NCBI GenBank assembly: GCA_010909165.1
Contig: VJWM01000003.1
Span: forward strand, 372,001 to 436,000
From: Anthoceros angustus
Taxonomy: Eukaryota; Plantae; Anthocerotophyta
DNA length: 64,000 bases
Direction: 5' to 3'
Each line of letters opens with the position of its first letter. Within the stretch, counting starts at the first letter, position 1. Below the pieces are notes generated by a model. That model was given only the letters and a program-made list of their open reading frames with translations. It was not told the DNA's origin and searched no databases. The translations under genes and the position numbers were made by a program. Positions 47,583 through 60,144 of the stretch are shown here, piece after piece.

Positions 47583-47830
47583 GGTCAAGACAGCCTGGAA
47601 AATGTTGAGGTGCCATTCCTCCACTTTGACAAGACAGCCTGGAAAATGTTGAGGTGCCATTCCTCCACATGCTTCTCCGCCTCCTCCAGCCACGGGTCAA
47701 GACAGCCTGGAAAATGTCGAGGTGCCATTCCTCCACATGTTCTCCGCCTCCTCCAGCCACGGGTCAAGACAGCCTGGAAAATGTCGAGGTGCCATTCCTC
47801 CACATGCTTCTCCGCCTCCTCCAGCCACGG
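47583..47830. repeat. ~68-bp tandem repeat (~3.5 copies)
   Basis: caagacagcctggaaaatgt(t/c)gaggtgccattcctccac repeated four times. Confidence 0.9.
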
Positions 47831-49459
47831 ACCGAAGTCTGGGTAGGGCTTGGTGACGATGTTGCGCTCCACCAAGCGCCATGGCTCCCACACCTCCGCG
47901 TGCTCATCATTTTACACTACTTACATATATAGCAAATACGAACGCTACAATCAAATGGCTTGGGGGCGGAGGATTGGAGCCTTGTTTATTGATGTTATGT
48001 CACCTGGATAATTCAACTCCATTTCAATTGATGGGTACTAAGATGGACTTTTTTGTTTCTTACAAGAGAGGTCTAGAATGTTATGAGATGTCAATTCTAG
48101 TCTCTAGTTAGGGGATGTGAGTTTCCCTAGAGTCTTTGGTATTCAACATAAAATATTCCACAGGAGATCTAATATATTATTTTATTATATAATAATATAT
48201 ACCATAATTCTTGAACGAGACACAGAGACGAGACAAAATATGTAGAACCCCAACAAGGGAGAAAAATGATGGCACCCGCTGCCTGCATGACAATCTCTTC
48301 AAAGAGATCGCCGAATGGGAATGGACGAGAGAAGAGCTGCTGCTGCCGGTGCTCCTGCTCTGGCGGTGTGGTAAATTTTATGGAGACTTCGGGAAATGTG
48401 CTGCGCATGGCAAGCTAGGCCTACGGACATGCGGGGCGCGGGGAAAGATAGCGGAACGTGTGGAGAGCAGGCATGCGGCATGCGGCATGCAGCATGCGGC
48501 ATGCGGCGGGCGCAGGCATGACATCATACTCGTACGGCAGCATTGCATGGTAAGCGACACCGCACAGTTTCACGCTCGGTTGCACGCCCGGTGGCGCTCC
48601 CCAGTTTCACCGTTTTACCAAGGCCCAAAAAGAGGGCAAAGTCTGCAAACCGGGGCGCAACGGACAACATTATCCGGCGGGCGTGGGCAACCACCTGAGC
48701 CAAAAACGGATGGCACCTTTTGGGGCGACCGGCCGCCGGCAGTGCCACTTCCCCCGTCCCTTTTCCCCCTTTCTCCCTTTGCCCCTTGCCCCTTCCATGC
48801 CGGAAATAGGCTACCTAATCATGCCCCGTCCCGCCGTAATCGGGCCAGAGCCCGTTCCGTCCACGGTCCGCGCTGCTGGCCGGAGCGGAGGCGGGGCCGG
48901 GGCCGCGACCGGGGCCCACCACCCGCTCCACCCGCTCCGGGCACCGGGCAGCCGGGCAGCCGGGCAGACGGGCAGACGGGCAGCCCGGCTGCTCGGTGGG
49001 GCCCACCACTGGCCATGTGAGGTGTCGGCATCCTCCTGGCGTGGACACGTGTTGTCTCTCACAAGGCGGCCATGTCAACGCACGTCACGTTAAAGCGGGA
49101 GGCGTGGCCCTGGCGGCGCTACCGGGCTGGGCTGCCTTCCTCCGCACATTCCGTTTCTCTATTTTTGTGCCTCATTTATTTTGCTTCTGCCCCTACCCCT
49201 CCCTTTTCCCCTTTTGTCCAACAACTGGTATCCCTATTTCTGGGGTGTGACAACATTTCCTAGATACCCCTGTCCATGGACCTGTCTATTCCTTGGTGGA
49301 TGGCTTCATCGACTTCATCCCATTTCATAGACGTGATATATCTTTAAATTTTTATTTTCTATTTTAAGTTTAGTTATCTTTTATTCTAGCATACCAGTAG
49401 GGGCTGTTTGCGAGGGAGGGCGGATGACTCCTCTAACCAAATAACACTTGAATGAGAGG

Positions 49460-50390
49460 ACTTAATTGAGGGAAAATTTTGATGGGAAAAGCCCATCTTG
49501 TAGAGGACAACCAAGGGGGACCAAAGGGTCGAAGTAGAAAGGAACAACTAAGCTCCCTACCGGAATTCACCGACTACGCCTACGATGTTGCATGCGGGAA
49601 GAGTAAACGGCCTACAAACTATGGGGAAAGAGGAGGATGCATCAATTTGTAGATTATCGCCGTAGAGAGGGCCCATTGAAGAGCAATAGAGGCTCTCTGT
49701 TTGAAGAATGCCATAAAGTAAGAAAGGCATAGCCCCGCATTGTGCTTGCGGGCATGATAAGCCTTGCCGTAGGTCTCAATAAATGTATCAAAATCCTTAG
49801 CCAATGCCCCATACGTCTCAAGGGCGAGCCGAATGAATTGGTGGCCCGCTTACATCCTGCTACAGTTCTTGACTTTGAGAGCCCAACCTGAACAGTTATT
49901 GATAACCTGAGCAAAGATAGTGTCATGTGCCAGGTCAATGACCACCATGTGTACCACCGAAACCTAATCACCACGGCCGAGGTACAAGTCAGCCTTGATT
50001 GACCAACCTATACGAAGAGAGTACCCCCACTCCCTTCAAGCCATGTAGCCAATTTCACGAGCTATGGCAAACATGACATCGCGGATGGCATGCAAAGATG
50101 GTGTCATGCGCCAGGTCAACGACCACCATGTGCACCACTGAAACCTAATCACCACGGACGAGGTACAGGTCAGCCTTGATTGACCGACCTATACGAAAAG
50201 TGTACCCCCACTCCCTTCAGGCCCTGTAGCCAATTTTAGGAGCTATGGCAAACATGACATTGCGGATGGCATCATGGTGGCGATGTGATGATGCCTATGG
50301 GGGCAACGAGCAAAGTGTATCCCGGAGTCATTGAAGGTAGAGCCACACTCGCAGGTTAGGAGGGAAGAAGCCACTTCCCCCACCTATACA
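49460..50390 (-). mobile_element. 5'-truncated, degenerate non-LTR retrotransposon with restriction-like endonuclease (CRE-like)
   Basis: Minus-strand CECG-x5-GIHFARC zinc knuckle, (H)DAIRNVMFAI, ETYG, FFKQRASIALQWA; 3' end shared with the copy at ~60150; internal ~180-bp duplication. Confidence 0.7.
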
Positions 50391-50569
50391 AATTAATAGT
50401 CATTATAACTTATTCTATATTTTGTGATATCAAACCTTATAAAAATATTTATAAATAATATGTAAGGAACCAGGCACACAAGTTAGCTATGTACTTTCAA
50501 AGACTCCGGACCATGTAAGGAGATATGGAGCAGGCTACTTGTCTCCTATTTTCCAAGTGTTCTCTCAGC

Positions 50570-50910
50570 GCTGGGTGCCCATTGCCCTCCATACGAAGGG
50601 CACTCACTGGGGCTATCTTATGGGCGGCAGTCATTGAAATACATTCCGAACTGATTCAGTAATTTGTAGGCCATTCAATCTCCCTGGTGGGTGCCCATTG
50701 TCCTTCAAAGGAAGGGCACTTGTTGGGGCTATCTTATGGGCGGCAGTCATTGAGATACATTCCGGACTGATACATTCAGTAATTTGTAGGCCATTCAATC
50801 TCCCTAGTTATAATATTGTGCACGTAATATATAAACTATTCAATGTTCCTAGTTATGACATTGTGAGCGCTCGGGTGACTTTAGACATGATGAATTGCTG
50901 CTTCTTTACT
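50570..50910 (+). repeat. Dispersed repeat with internal ~120-bp duplication, related to 39180-39425
   Basis: gggtgcccattg...ggggctatcttatgggcggcagtcattga...ttcagtaatttgtaggccattcaatctccct occurs twice. Confidence 0.75.
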
Positions 50911-52960
50911 CCGACCATTGATTACTCCAACCCTTGAGGTCTTCACCAGTAGATGCGCTGTAACAAAAATGTATTCTTCTTTGGAAGGCCGGATATTATT
51001 ACCTATACACGAGTGCAACGTCCGGAGTGAGAAAAATAATACTTGACACGGATACACGTGTCTCGCACGGAATAGGGATACACAGGGTGGCGTGCAGGTT
51101 AGGTATTTGGGGAACGTCGAAGGGGAACGATTGGAGGCGCGATGGGCGCGCGCCATTACTGCGGCACAGTCGCTTTTTCGCTAAACGGTAAGTCAACGAA
51201 TATCTATCCGTGCGTTTGCTGTGTGAATGGAGAAATAAATTAATCCAGTTTTTCTGTTCACGCGATGCTGGCATCGAACTCGCCTTCGCCGGCTGCCGGC
51301 ATTGACAGCGGGCGACAACGTGATGCGCGAGCGCGGCTAGGCGAAGGCAGTGGCAGTGGCGTGGTACAGGGCAGCAGCGCAGGCGAGGCTCCATCAGCTG
51401 TCAGATGCAACCCCCAAGGACGCTCTCTGACGGCTGTGCGCTGCAGCTCTCTGTTTACTTTCATTTGCATTGGTTTGCTTGCCTTTGCCCTGTCCACCTC
51501 CTGTCCTCTTGTCCGGGCGTGTCCTTTGATGAGAATGTCATGCGTCCGCCTATCCCCATGCGAGCTCGCTCCAGGCCGTCCTTGGCACACACCGCTGGGC
51601 TGTGCCCTTGCACGGCAACTGCATGTGGCCCTGATCAGTCACTGTAGCATGCGGAATTGATGGCCCAGGCAAAGATCTGATGGTAACCTGCTGCACAGTT
51701 GGCAGGTCGGGTTTCGGTGTTACGTCCGCTTCTATTTGCTGGCCGGGAGGACAAATTTTATTATGGAGCACTGCTTCTTGGATCTGACATGGTTTAACGC
51801 TTCAAGGGATGCACTGATGTTGAGTTTCAACATCATGGAAGGACAGATCGGGAGGCGTGATATCACCGAACTGGCGGTGTTTGTCTGTAAGCTCATGAGC
51901 AGTCAGAGAGGGGACGGATCGTGTGGAGAAGCCCTTGAATTGCAGTCCAGCGACAGTCTGTCACAGCGTTTGCCCGTAGAGTGCCTTTTCCGTTGCCCTT
52001 GTGTGCAGGCTAGCAGCAGTCAGGAGAAAGTATGCTGCGGTCACAAGTGGAACCTTGAGACCGCTGGTGAGGGCAAGGGAAGGACATGCAGGATGTTCAG
52101 GATGTCAAGGTGATGTGGACTTGAGTGGTGAAGGAGCGGCCCAGACAGCTCATGCCAGTGATATTGTGAGCAGATTGTGTGGATTATTGGTGCTCATTCA
52201 GAATTCCGTGATGCTGAACCATCCTGCATCTGATTCTCTGCGTGCATGCGCGGCTGCTTTCACAGACGAGCCACCTGTGATCACTGCTCCTGGCTCCCCA
52301 TCACTTGGAGGTAGGAATGACACTGACTAGTCGCACACAAACTCTGTGCTGATCTGAGTCCAAGCAATTCAAATCCACCTGACTAGGAGGACGGACAGAG
52401 TGAAAACGTGAATCTCGTTGCCGATTTCCACCAAAGCCACATACCACCAGAGAGGAGCACAATCTGGAAGTCTGGAGACCAATAATGCTTTCTAAACAGC
52501 GACTTGTAAGGGCTCTTCGGCCATGTTCTCGGATCATTTTACAGGTCAGCTTATCTTCGTACCCGTCTTCGGTGGTGGTAGTTGTCTCCAGCTCCAAGCT
52601 GGACAGGAAATGTTTGACGTGCTGTGGGATATGGTCTGTGACAACGATAACCATAGAACGGACAGGACCACTTACCTTTGCCTTTAGTCTAGATGCGAAT
52701 GTATCCTCCGAAAGGAATGAACTATCTCCTTTCGTAGCCTTCAGCTGTGCCACCTGCTCCCAATTTGGATAGGTGGCTTCTGTTGTGATTCTGAAGTCTG
52801 GAAAGTGACATCGAGCTAACCGTAGAATGAACAGGCATAGTGGTCCTATCTTTTACCCTAGAGATATGAAAAAATCCTAGAGAGAAATGGCGTAAGTTTC
52901 TCTAAATGTCACGCTACTCTTGTACGTACCATCGGCCTTGACTCAAAATCTGAGTTGTAG

Positions 52961-55892
52961 CTAAGTGTCCACAGGCTTCCAGCAACTAAGCTTAGAATGG
53001 TCTATGATACGTTCACCCTTCTTGTTCATCAAAATCAGGTCCTCAAACTCCGCATTCCATTTCACATCGTCGTCAGCCACACAATAGTGTTGGACATGGA
53101 AAATTGACTGCATTGTAGATCGTTCAATTCCAACCTGAAAACAAATGACCAGTTCAATTCATTCCCGAACCCCTGACTCTTGGAGCCACGAATCATTTAA
53201 TATTTTCATTTCAGTAAAAAAAAAAAAAAAGAGAACCATGAAGTTGACAGAACAACACTTACCACACTGAGCACAAAAATGGCGTCCTCCTTGTCCAGCA
53301 TTGCAGGTGATCGTCCATAGAGCGGACTGGATTCATCGATCACATGACGCACCGTCATGCCGAAATGCAGGTAAGAAATCTCTGGTCGTATCTGAGTCGC
53401 CCCATTATACATCTATCAAAGGCGGCTTCAGTTTCTGCATAAGCCAAAGTGCTGAAGCTAGTCTATGGAAATGTACACCAGTCCCTTGTTTGGAAGTATG
53501 CCTACCAGTTTCAGAGACTGCATTGATCGGAAATAGCTGCCACTTCGCGTCACTGTGTTGTATCTGTATGAGAGATCAACCTTCACATCTACAAGTTCAC
53601 ATGGTTGTGGTCCCGCTAACACGTATCTGGCCATCAGCACACTGACAATGCAACGTGTGAGTGTCACTGGAAACGCAGTGGATGATACCTTCAGCTTCAT
53701 CTGAGACAACACTGGTATACTCACTTGTACAGCTGTGGTTTTTGCCTCCTCTTCTGTTGTACTGCAGGGCAGACGAGGGCCACAGTCGAGCATTTCACCG
53801 GCTGGGATGGTTGTGATAGGCGAGCAAATACTGCACGCAAGAATGACGACATCTGAGGAAGGTTTAGGGTTTAGGATCAACATCCCAAGCATGGTGAAAG
53901 CAGGAGATGAGGTGATGCACACCTGCACCACTCAAGAAGACGAACACAAGTTGGCCCACCAACGCATTGATGTTGGCAACCACGAGGGTGTATGGTGACA
54001 GAGGTGCTAACTCAGGCTGCAGCCCAGTTGATAAGGAGAGGCTGAACATGAAGACTTGGAACAGAGTTTCCCACGAGATTTGGAGTGAGAAGGAGTCCGA
54101 GAGGTGGAGAAACTGCCTTGCCGTTTCATCCACTGCCAAGCCTCCGAATTCGGGCAGATATAGGAGGGTGAAGACCATACTGACCAGAATTGGTGCGGCG
54201 AACATGCCAACCGCAAATTCTAAAGGCGGCCATCTTAACATGTATACATAACAGTCGTGCATCATGGTAAGCAGCCCATTATCCTGTTGCAGAACTTGAA
54301 AATTCTGAAAGCCTCGCAGGCCACGATATTCTGGATCATCCGCTTTTGTGAAAGCCGTGAACTCGTCATCACTGTCACTACTACTTTCGTTGTCCGCCGT
54401 TAAGAAGTCGGTAACTTTGCTTGTCACCTGTGCAGCAGCGACTGTCACCTGCTCAGCAGTGGTACTAACTTGGTCGACCACCTGGCCAGCCTGCTCAATC
54501 ACAGCATCAGGTAGAATTTCAGCAACTTGGTCCACCACCTGTTGCCCTGTCTTCACAACCTTGTCTGCAACGACAGCTATTATTTGAGGCAGAAGAGAGG
54601 TGGCGACTGCTACAGTCTCAGTATCATCTGAAAGTACCTGCTCAGCCAGAGCAACTCTGGCCTCGTCGACTTGTTGCAGGACATGGAGTGCTGTCCCATT
54701 TCCACTATGCAGTTCCGCCTTTGGACTATGCTGCCCGACCTCTGTACTTGGCCGCGTAGTGCCGTTCAGAGGCTGACTGGTTGAAGCAGAGTTTGGATCT
54801 GAATGGCTATGGAGCATCACTTCTTCCGTGTGTGGCAATGCGGATGCTGATGCAATATCCTGCCCTACCACATCTATGTTCTCTGCTGCACCATTATGAG
54901 CCGAATTAGCTGGTTGCTCGGCCTCATGAGGAGGCAGCCTGATATCTGAATTGACTGGCATAGCTCCCCTTGAACTTCCAGCTGATGCCTCACCACTGGC
55001 TGCACGTGCCATGGCCCCCACCCCGTGCAAAGGTTCACCAGCTCCCGCAGCAATATCATCTGGACTGCCCGCATTTTCCACCACAGACTCCAAGGTATGT
55101 TCCTCGGTTGACGCATTCAGATGCAGCCTTTTCACACTCTTCCTACGTTTTGATTTGAAGGACTGCCTGCGCTGCTGCATTTGTGCTTGCTGCAACGCAA
55201 ACTTCTCTGCCCGAAGAACTTCATCCGTTGAGCCTTCAGCTTCACATGCATGACTCGGAACAGCACTTCCTTTCTTTGTATCATCTTCCTGACAAACACT
55301 GATGACATCTCCTTGACCTTTCCAGGACTTACCATTTCTCCCAGTCACACCAAGACCCTCGGTTCCTGAACATGGAATTGATCCCAACCCAGCTTCACCA
55401 ACACCACGCCCGGTGATTTCCTCAAACTGCTCAATATGCCCATCCTGACAGTTCTCCTCAGTACACTCGTCTTCGATCTCCTCATTCACATCACGATCCT
55501 GTAGTCCAGTCCAGCAACCACAGCACCCAAATCAGACTTCTCCTTCACATTTCAAACCCATACCTCATCACCAACACAAGAAACAGAAACAAGAAACCAG
55601 GCTCTGAACAGACCACACCAACCTTAGCACTGTCCCCATCAACTTCATTGTCCCGCCGTGGCGGCGTTCGAGTCCTCCTTGACTTCCTTGATGCATTAGC
55701 ACCGTGCACCGCGCCCGCAGTCCTGCCCAATCCCGCTTGAGCAACAACCACAACCCGGGCTTGACAAGTTTTCGTCGAAGCAAGGGCACACCATCTCCCT
55801 CGTCCTCTCCATTGGACACCATTTTCAGATCCTACCTTGTAAACCCAACACCCTGCCCTCCCCAGACCCGGAACAGCAACTAATGAAGACAT
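52961..55892 (-). CDS. Inward-rectifier (Kir/KirBac-fold) ion channel-like protein with degenerate selectivity filter and probable plastid transit peptide, 6 exons
   Basis: Slide helix MHDCYVYMLRWP; TM1; pore helix FQVFMFSLSLSTGLQPELAP; TM2 ...FLSGAVFARLSQP; cytoplasmic domain VRHVIDESSPLYG, LSVVGIERSTMQ, DVKWNAEFEDLI...IIDHSKL. Canonical splice sites keep the frame; stop TAG at 52961. Confidence 0.88.
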
Positions 55893-56969
55893 GGAATCAA
55901 CTCCACCCACACAATTCCTCAGACAATCGTCTGCTCCTGATTGCAACCCAGTGTCTGACCATGGACAGTGAGCCTGAATGCTTGCTAACTGTGCAGAATA
56001 CAGAGACTGGACTTCACCTACTCAGCAAGCTCACTGCAGCTCATCAGCCCACAGAAAATCCCGTTCTACTCCCTGCAGAACGGTTCGGTTAGACATGGCG
56101 GGCACCCGACTCGCTTGGAAACTATTTGAACTCCAATGTGGGCTCTGTTGGTTCCACCCATGGGAGTCCCGTGCTCCGATCCTGCTCGTCTCTGTTTCTG
56201 TTGAGGCACAAACTCAAGTCCCTTTCACCATCTGTCTTCTGTTTTCATGTGTCCTGTTCCAAGTTCACGGCCTGGAAGTCCACATTTGTCAACAATTGAG
56301 GCATCCACGACACCGCCAGTCAGTCAAGTGTGGCGTCTGGTCAAAACCTGTCATCAGTTTTTAAGGGAAATGGAGAAATGACACGCGGGCTACACTGTAG
56401 CCATTGCCTTGTCCACTGCATTGTTCGCACGTCCTAGTTACGTAACTGGTGGCCAAACTCAAATGAAAGCCACTTCATTTGTGTAACGACTAACGAGGGA
56501 CTCACGTAGCCGAAAAGGAGACTTTATGTAGGGAAAAAAAAAATCATCTACCCCGAAAAAAAAGGTGGGGAGGGAGAAACCCATCGAAGGGAATAAGCCA
56601 ACTGGGCCGAGAATTTTGTGGTCCGGAATGTGGAAAGGCCTACCTACCACTGGTGCCGAAGAAGCCGCATCGGAGTACATCGCGTTTGCCAGCGCCCTCC
56701 GGAGAAACTCACGTAGCCTACCGCATAGAAGCGGGTTGAAGGGAGGTGGAGGGGGGAAGGGGTTGTTGACAGCGGTGCCATGGAATTCCCGTGGACAAAA
56801 TGTTGTACGAATCTAAGTACGTTGTTACTTGAAAATAAAATGTATAGTTGATAAAGATGTTTAAAATTTTTCAATATCCAACATGCATCCCCTACCCAGC
56901 TAGGTAACATGCATCCTCCACCGCCCAAGAGAACGCATCTTTCTATTTGGATGTTTGGTCCATTTACTT

Positions 56970-57236
56970 TCATTTCAAAGAAGACAACCGAGATCCGCGA
57001 TCCCCCATCTTCGGCCATGGATCTTTAGTCATTTTCTTTTTTATCCATCGAAAGCCACTCCTTATTGAGTCCTTTATCTTGCCAGGCACAGCAAATGAGT
57101 TGTAGGACTGAAGACGTCGTTCCCTTGATTCTTTATTGCTGAAGCGGCTCCTCATTAAGCCCTTAAAGGATATGTTGCCGGGCACGGAAATCCTAAGACA
57201 TTCTTCCGTTGTTTCATCTGTGTCGATTAAACTCAT
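56970..57236 (-). CDS. DUF3511-like small protein
   Basis: RERRLQSYNSFAVPGKIKDSIRSGFRWIKKK resembles the DUF3511 core (RxxRVAxYKxYxVEGKxKxSxRxGFRWIK); the ATG follows a tttttcag acceptor-like site. Confidence 0.62.
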   Translation of the reverse strand: MSLIDTDETTEECLRISVPGNISFKGLMRSRFSNKESRERRLQSYNSFAVPGKIKDSIRSGFRWIKKKMTKDPWPKMGDRGSRLSSLK

Positions 57237-58364
57237 TCTGAAAAAAGAACACTTGTAACAAAAAAAACCCTTGTTATCGATGTAAAATATCCAACAAGTA
57301 ATTTTTTTAAGTGAGTTAAAATGCACGGCAAGTATTATCATCACAAAAACTGAAAATCAATTAAAATTGTATTCATCTTGCAAAAATAATACTTGCAATA
57401 AAAAAACCTTCATTACCCGCGTGAATTCATGATGAATAATTTTTTGAAGCGAGTTCAAATGCACAACAAGTATTGTGTTTATATCACAAAGCCTCGAGAT
57501 GAAGAGAGTTGAAATCGTAGCTGGCCTTTATAAAGAGCAATGAGTTAGCTTAACTTGGAATCTATTAGATTAGAGTAGCTTCCCAAACCCTAAAATAACT
57601 GGGCTTACCGATCTCTCCTGTATTAATAAAGTATGTTCGACTTTAGAATAGTACTATAAATAATGTTTGGGTAGAAATAGATTTCTCTTGCAAAAAAGGG
57701 TTATGACTAAAATCCCCTCTTTTTTTGGTGAAAACGTGTATTTGCTTTTTTTGTTTTTTGGCATTTTTTTGGGCGTTCTCTAATAGAAACGTGGTGTTAA
57801 ATTCGCGGTGCCCACACCTTGCATGATCATTTGGTCACACTTTGCCTGATCCATAGATGGGCACCACGATTTTGAAGGGTGAACGTATCAAAACCGTCAT
57901 TTACACACTATTTAGGCATGTCCGCCGTTCATCCCATACAAGCGCTTCTCTTAGAAAATAGACGAACTGAGATGTAAAGACTCTAAACATCTGTATTCCT
58001 ACCGATCGTGAGAATAACCTTATTTCAGAAAACCTCAAAATTGGATAAATTCTAAAATCGAATACGTTTATAAATAAATTTATAATATTTATAAATATGT
58101 TGTATAAATAAATTTATAAATATAATTATAAATATATTTATACATATGTTTATAATGTGGAACAATACGCAAGTATCTTGTAAATGCCTCAAAATCTTCC
58201 AAAGAAAGAACTTGTATGAAACCAAATGTTAGTTTTTGTATCCGTAGATAAGAATACTGAACAGTAATTTCTCTCGTTTCAATCTTCTCTTTGAAAGACT
58301 GCATATTTATGTGCTTACAACGCTAGTTTAATCTCCTAGAATCCGCCACGCTCTATAATAGTGG

Positions 58365-59802
58365 TCATGAGGACTACATAAACCTAAATGGATTTTTCTT
58401 GTAAAATGAGCAGAATAGTGAGGACTAATAACCCGTGCAAACTTTTCCTGTAAGATGAGCAGAACAATGGAAACTACTAAATTATCCTGCACACTTTTCT
58501 TGTAAGATGAGCATTTATAAAAGTGGGAACTACTAACCCCTACATACTTTTCTTGTCATATGAGCACACAGTGGGAATTTCTTATGATTCATAAGGACTT
58601 TTATCTTGAGATAAGCAGAACAATGAGGATTATTATTCCATGCGGACTTTTCTTGTAAGATGAGCAGAACAGTGGGCATTACTAATCCATGCGAATTATT
58701 CTTGTGAGATGAGCGGAATAGTGTGAACTACTAACCCATGTGGACTATTCTCGTAAGATAAGCAGAACAGTGAGGACTACTTACCCATGCAAACTTTTCT
58801 TGTTAGATGGGCAAATCTTGAGGGCTTTTAATCGATGCGCACTTCTCTTATCAGATTAATAGAAACAGTGCGAACTACTAATCCGTACACACTTCTCTTA
58901 TATAATGAGCAAAACAGTGGGGACTACTAATCCATGCACACTTCTCTTATAACATGAGCAGAACACTGGGGACTACTAACCTGTGCACACTTCTCTAATA
59001 ACATGAGCAGAATACTGAGGACTACTAACCCGTGCACACTTCTTATAACATGAGCAGAACACTGGAAACTACTAACCTGTGCATACTTCTCTTATAACAT
59101 GAGCAAAACATTGGGGACTACTAATTCGTGCACACTTCTCTCATATCTTGAGCAGAACAGTGGGGACTACTAACCCGTGCACACTTCTCTTATAACCTGA
59201 GTAGAACACTAGGGACTACTAACCCATACGGACTATTCTTATCAGATGAGAAGAATAATGGGGACTACTAGCCCATGTATACTTTTCTTGTGAGATGAGC
59301 AAACAATGGGGACTACTTATTATCATGCAGACTTTTCTTGTAACATGAGCAAAACAACCAAGGGACTGCAAATCCAAGCAAACTTTTCTTGTAAGATGAG
59401 CAAACAGTGAGGACTACTAATTGATGTGGACTTTCCTTGTTATATGAGCAGTACAGTAGGGAATACTAACCGTGCACATTTCTCTTGTAAGAAAAGCATA
59501 ACAGTGGGGACTACGATTCAATGTGGACTATTCCCGTCAGATGAGCAGAATAATAGGGACTACTAGCCGATGAATACTTTTTTTATGAGATGAGCAAACA
59601 GTGAGGACGAGCAACCTATTTGAACTTTTCCTCTAAGATGAACAAACAGTGAGGACTATCAACCCATTTAAACTTTTCTTGTAAGATGAGCAGCAATCAA
59701 TAAAGACCTCTAACCGATGCGGATTTTTTCTTGTTAGATGAGCAGACTATAGAGTCTTAGGGACTACTAACTTAAGCAAACTTTTCTTCTAAGATGAGCA
59801 AA
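58365..59802. repeat. Degenerate 49-bp tandem repeat array (~29 copies)
   Basis: Consensus GGGGACTACTAACCCGTGCACACTT(T/C)TCTT(G/A)TAA(G/C)ATGAGCAGAACAGT; period 49 measured at 58921, 58970, 59019. Confidence 0.93.
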
Positions 59803-60144
59803 CAAATAAAGCATGGCAGACACAAATAGCAAATCACTAGTAGGTGGGTTGGTTACTCAATGGGCAAGGTCCACATCATAAATGACTTTGTGCAATTAGC
59901 CTAGGTGAGATCTATAATATTCACTCAAGAACAAAGCCATCTAAGATGACTAATCAAGAAACCTTTCAAACGAGGGCCATCATCTCAATTTTCTTCCATT
60001 CAACTGAATTGAAAGATGATCTCGCGCTTTACAGTCTTCCACATGGGAAACTGATTGTTGTTTGGTCAATGAGGATGTTACAAACAACTAGTCCAAAGTG
60101 CTTGCTCGTAATAGAATGAGCACGCTTATATTTAAGGAAAGTAT

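Noticed and set aside
48241-49252. Possible solo LTR (TGTAGAACCCC...GGGGTGTGACA) and the 269-aa ORF overlapping it
   Set aside because: The terminal repeat is imperfect, flanks (AAATA/ACATT) do not form a TSD, and the ORF is GC-rich with no recognisable domain.
51258-52800. ORFs downstream of the Kir-like gene
   Set aside because: No recognisable homology; may be UTR or non-coding transcript.
57798-57875. Hairpin (GGTGCCCA...TGGGCACC)
   Set aside because: The stem is too short and imperfect to call a miRNA or MITE.
58365-59802. Possible CRISPR or guide-RNA array
   Set aside because: Variation is scattered point divergence across the whole unit, not a constant repeat plus unrelated spacer.
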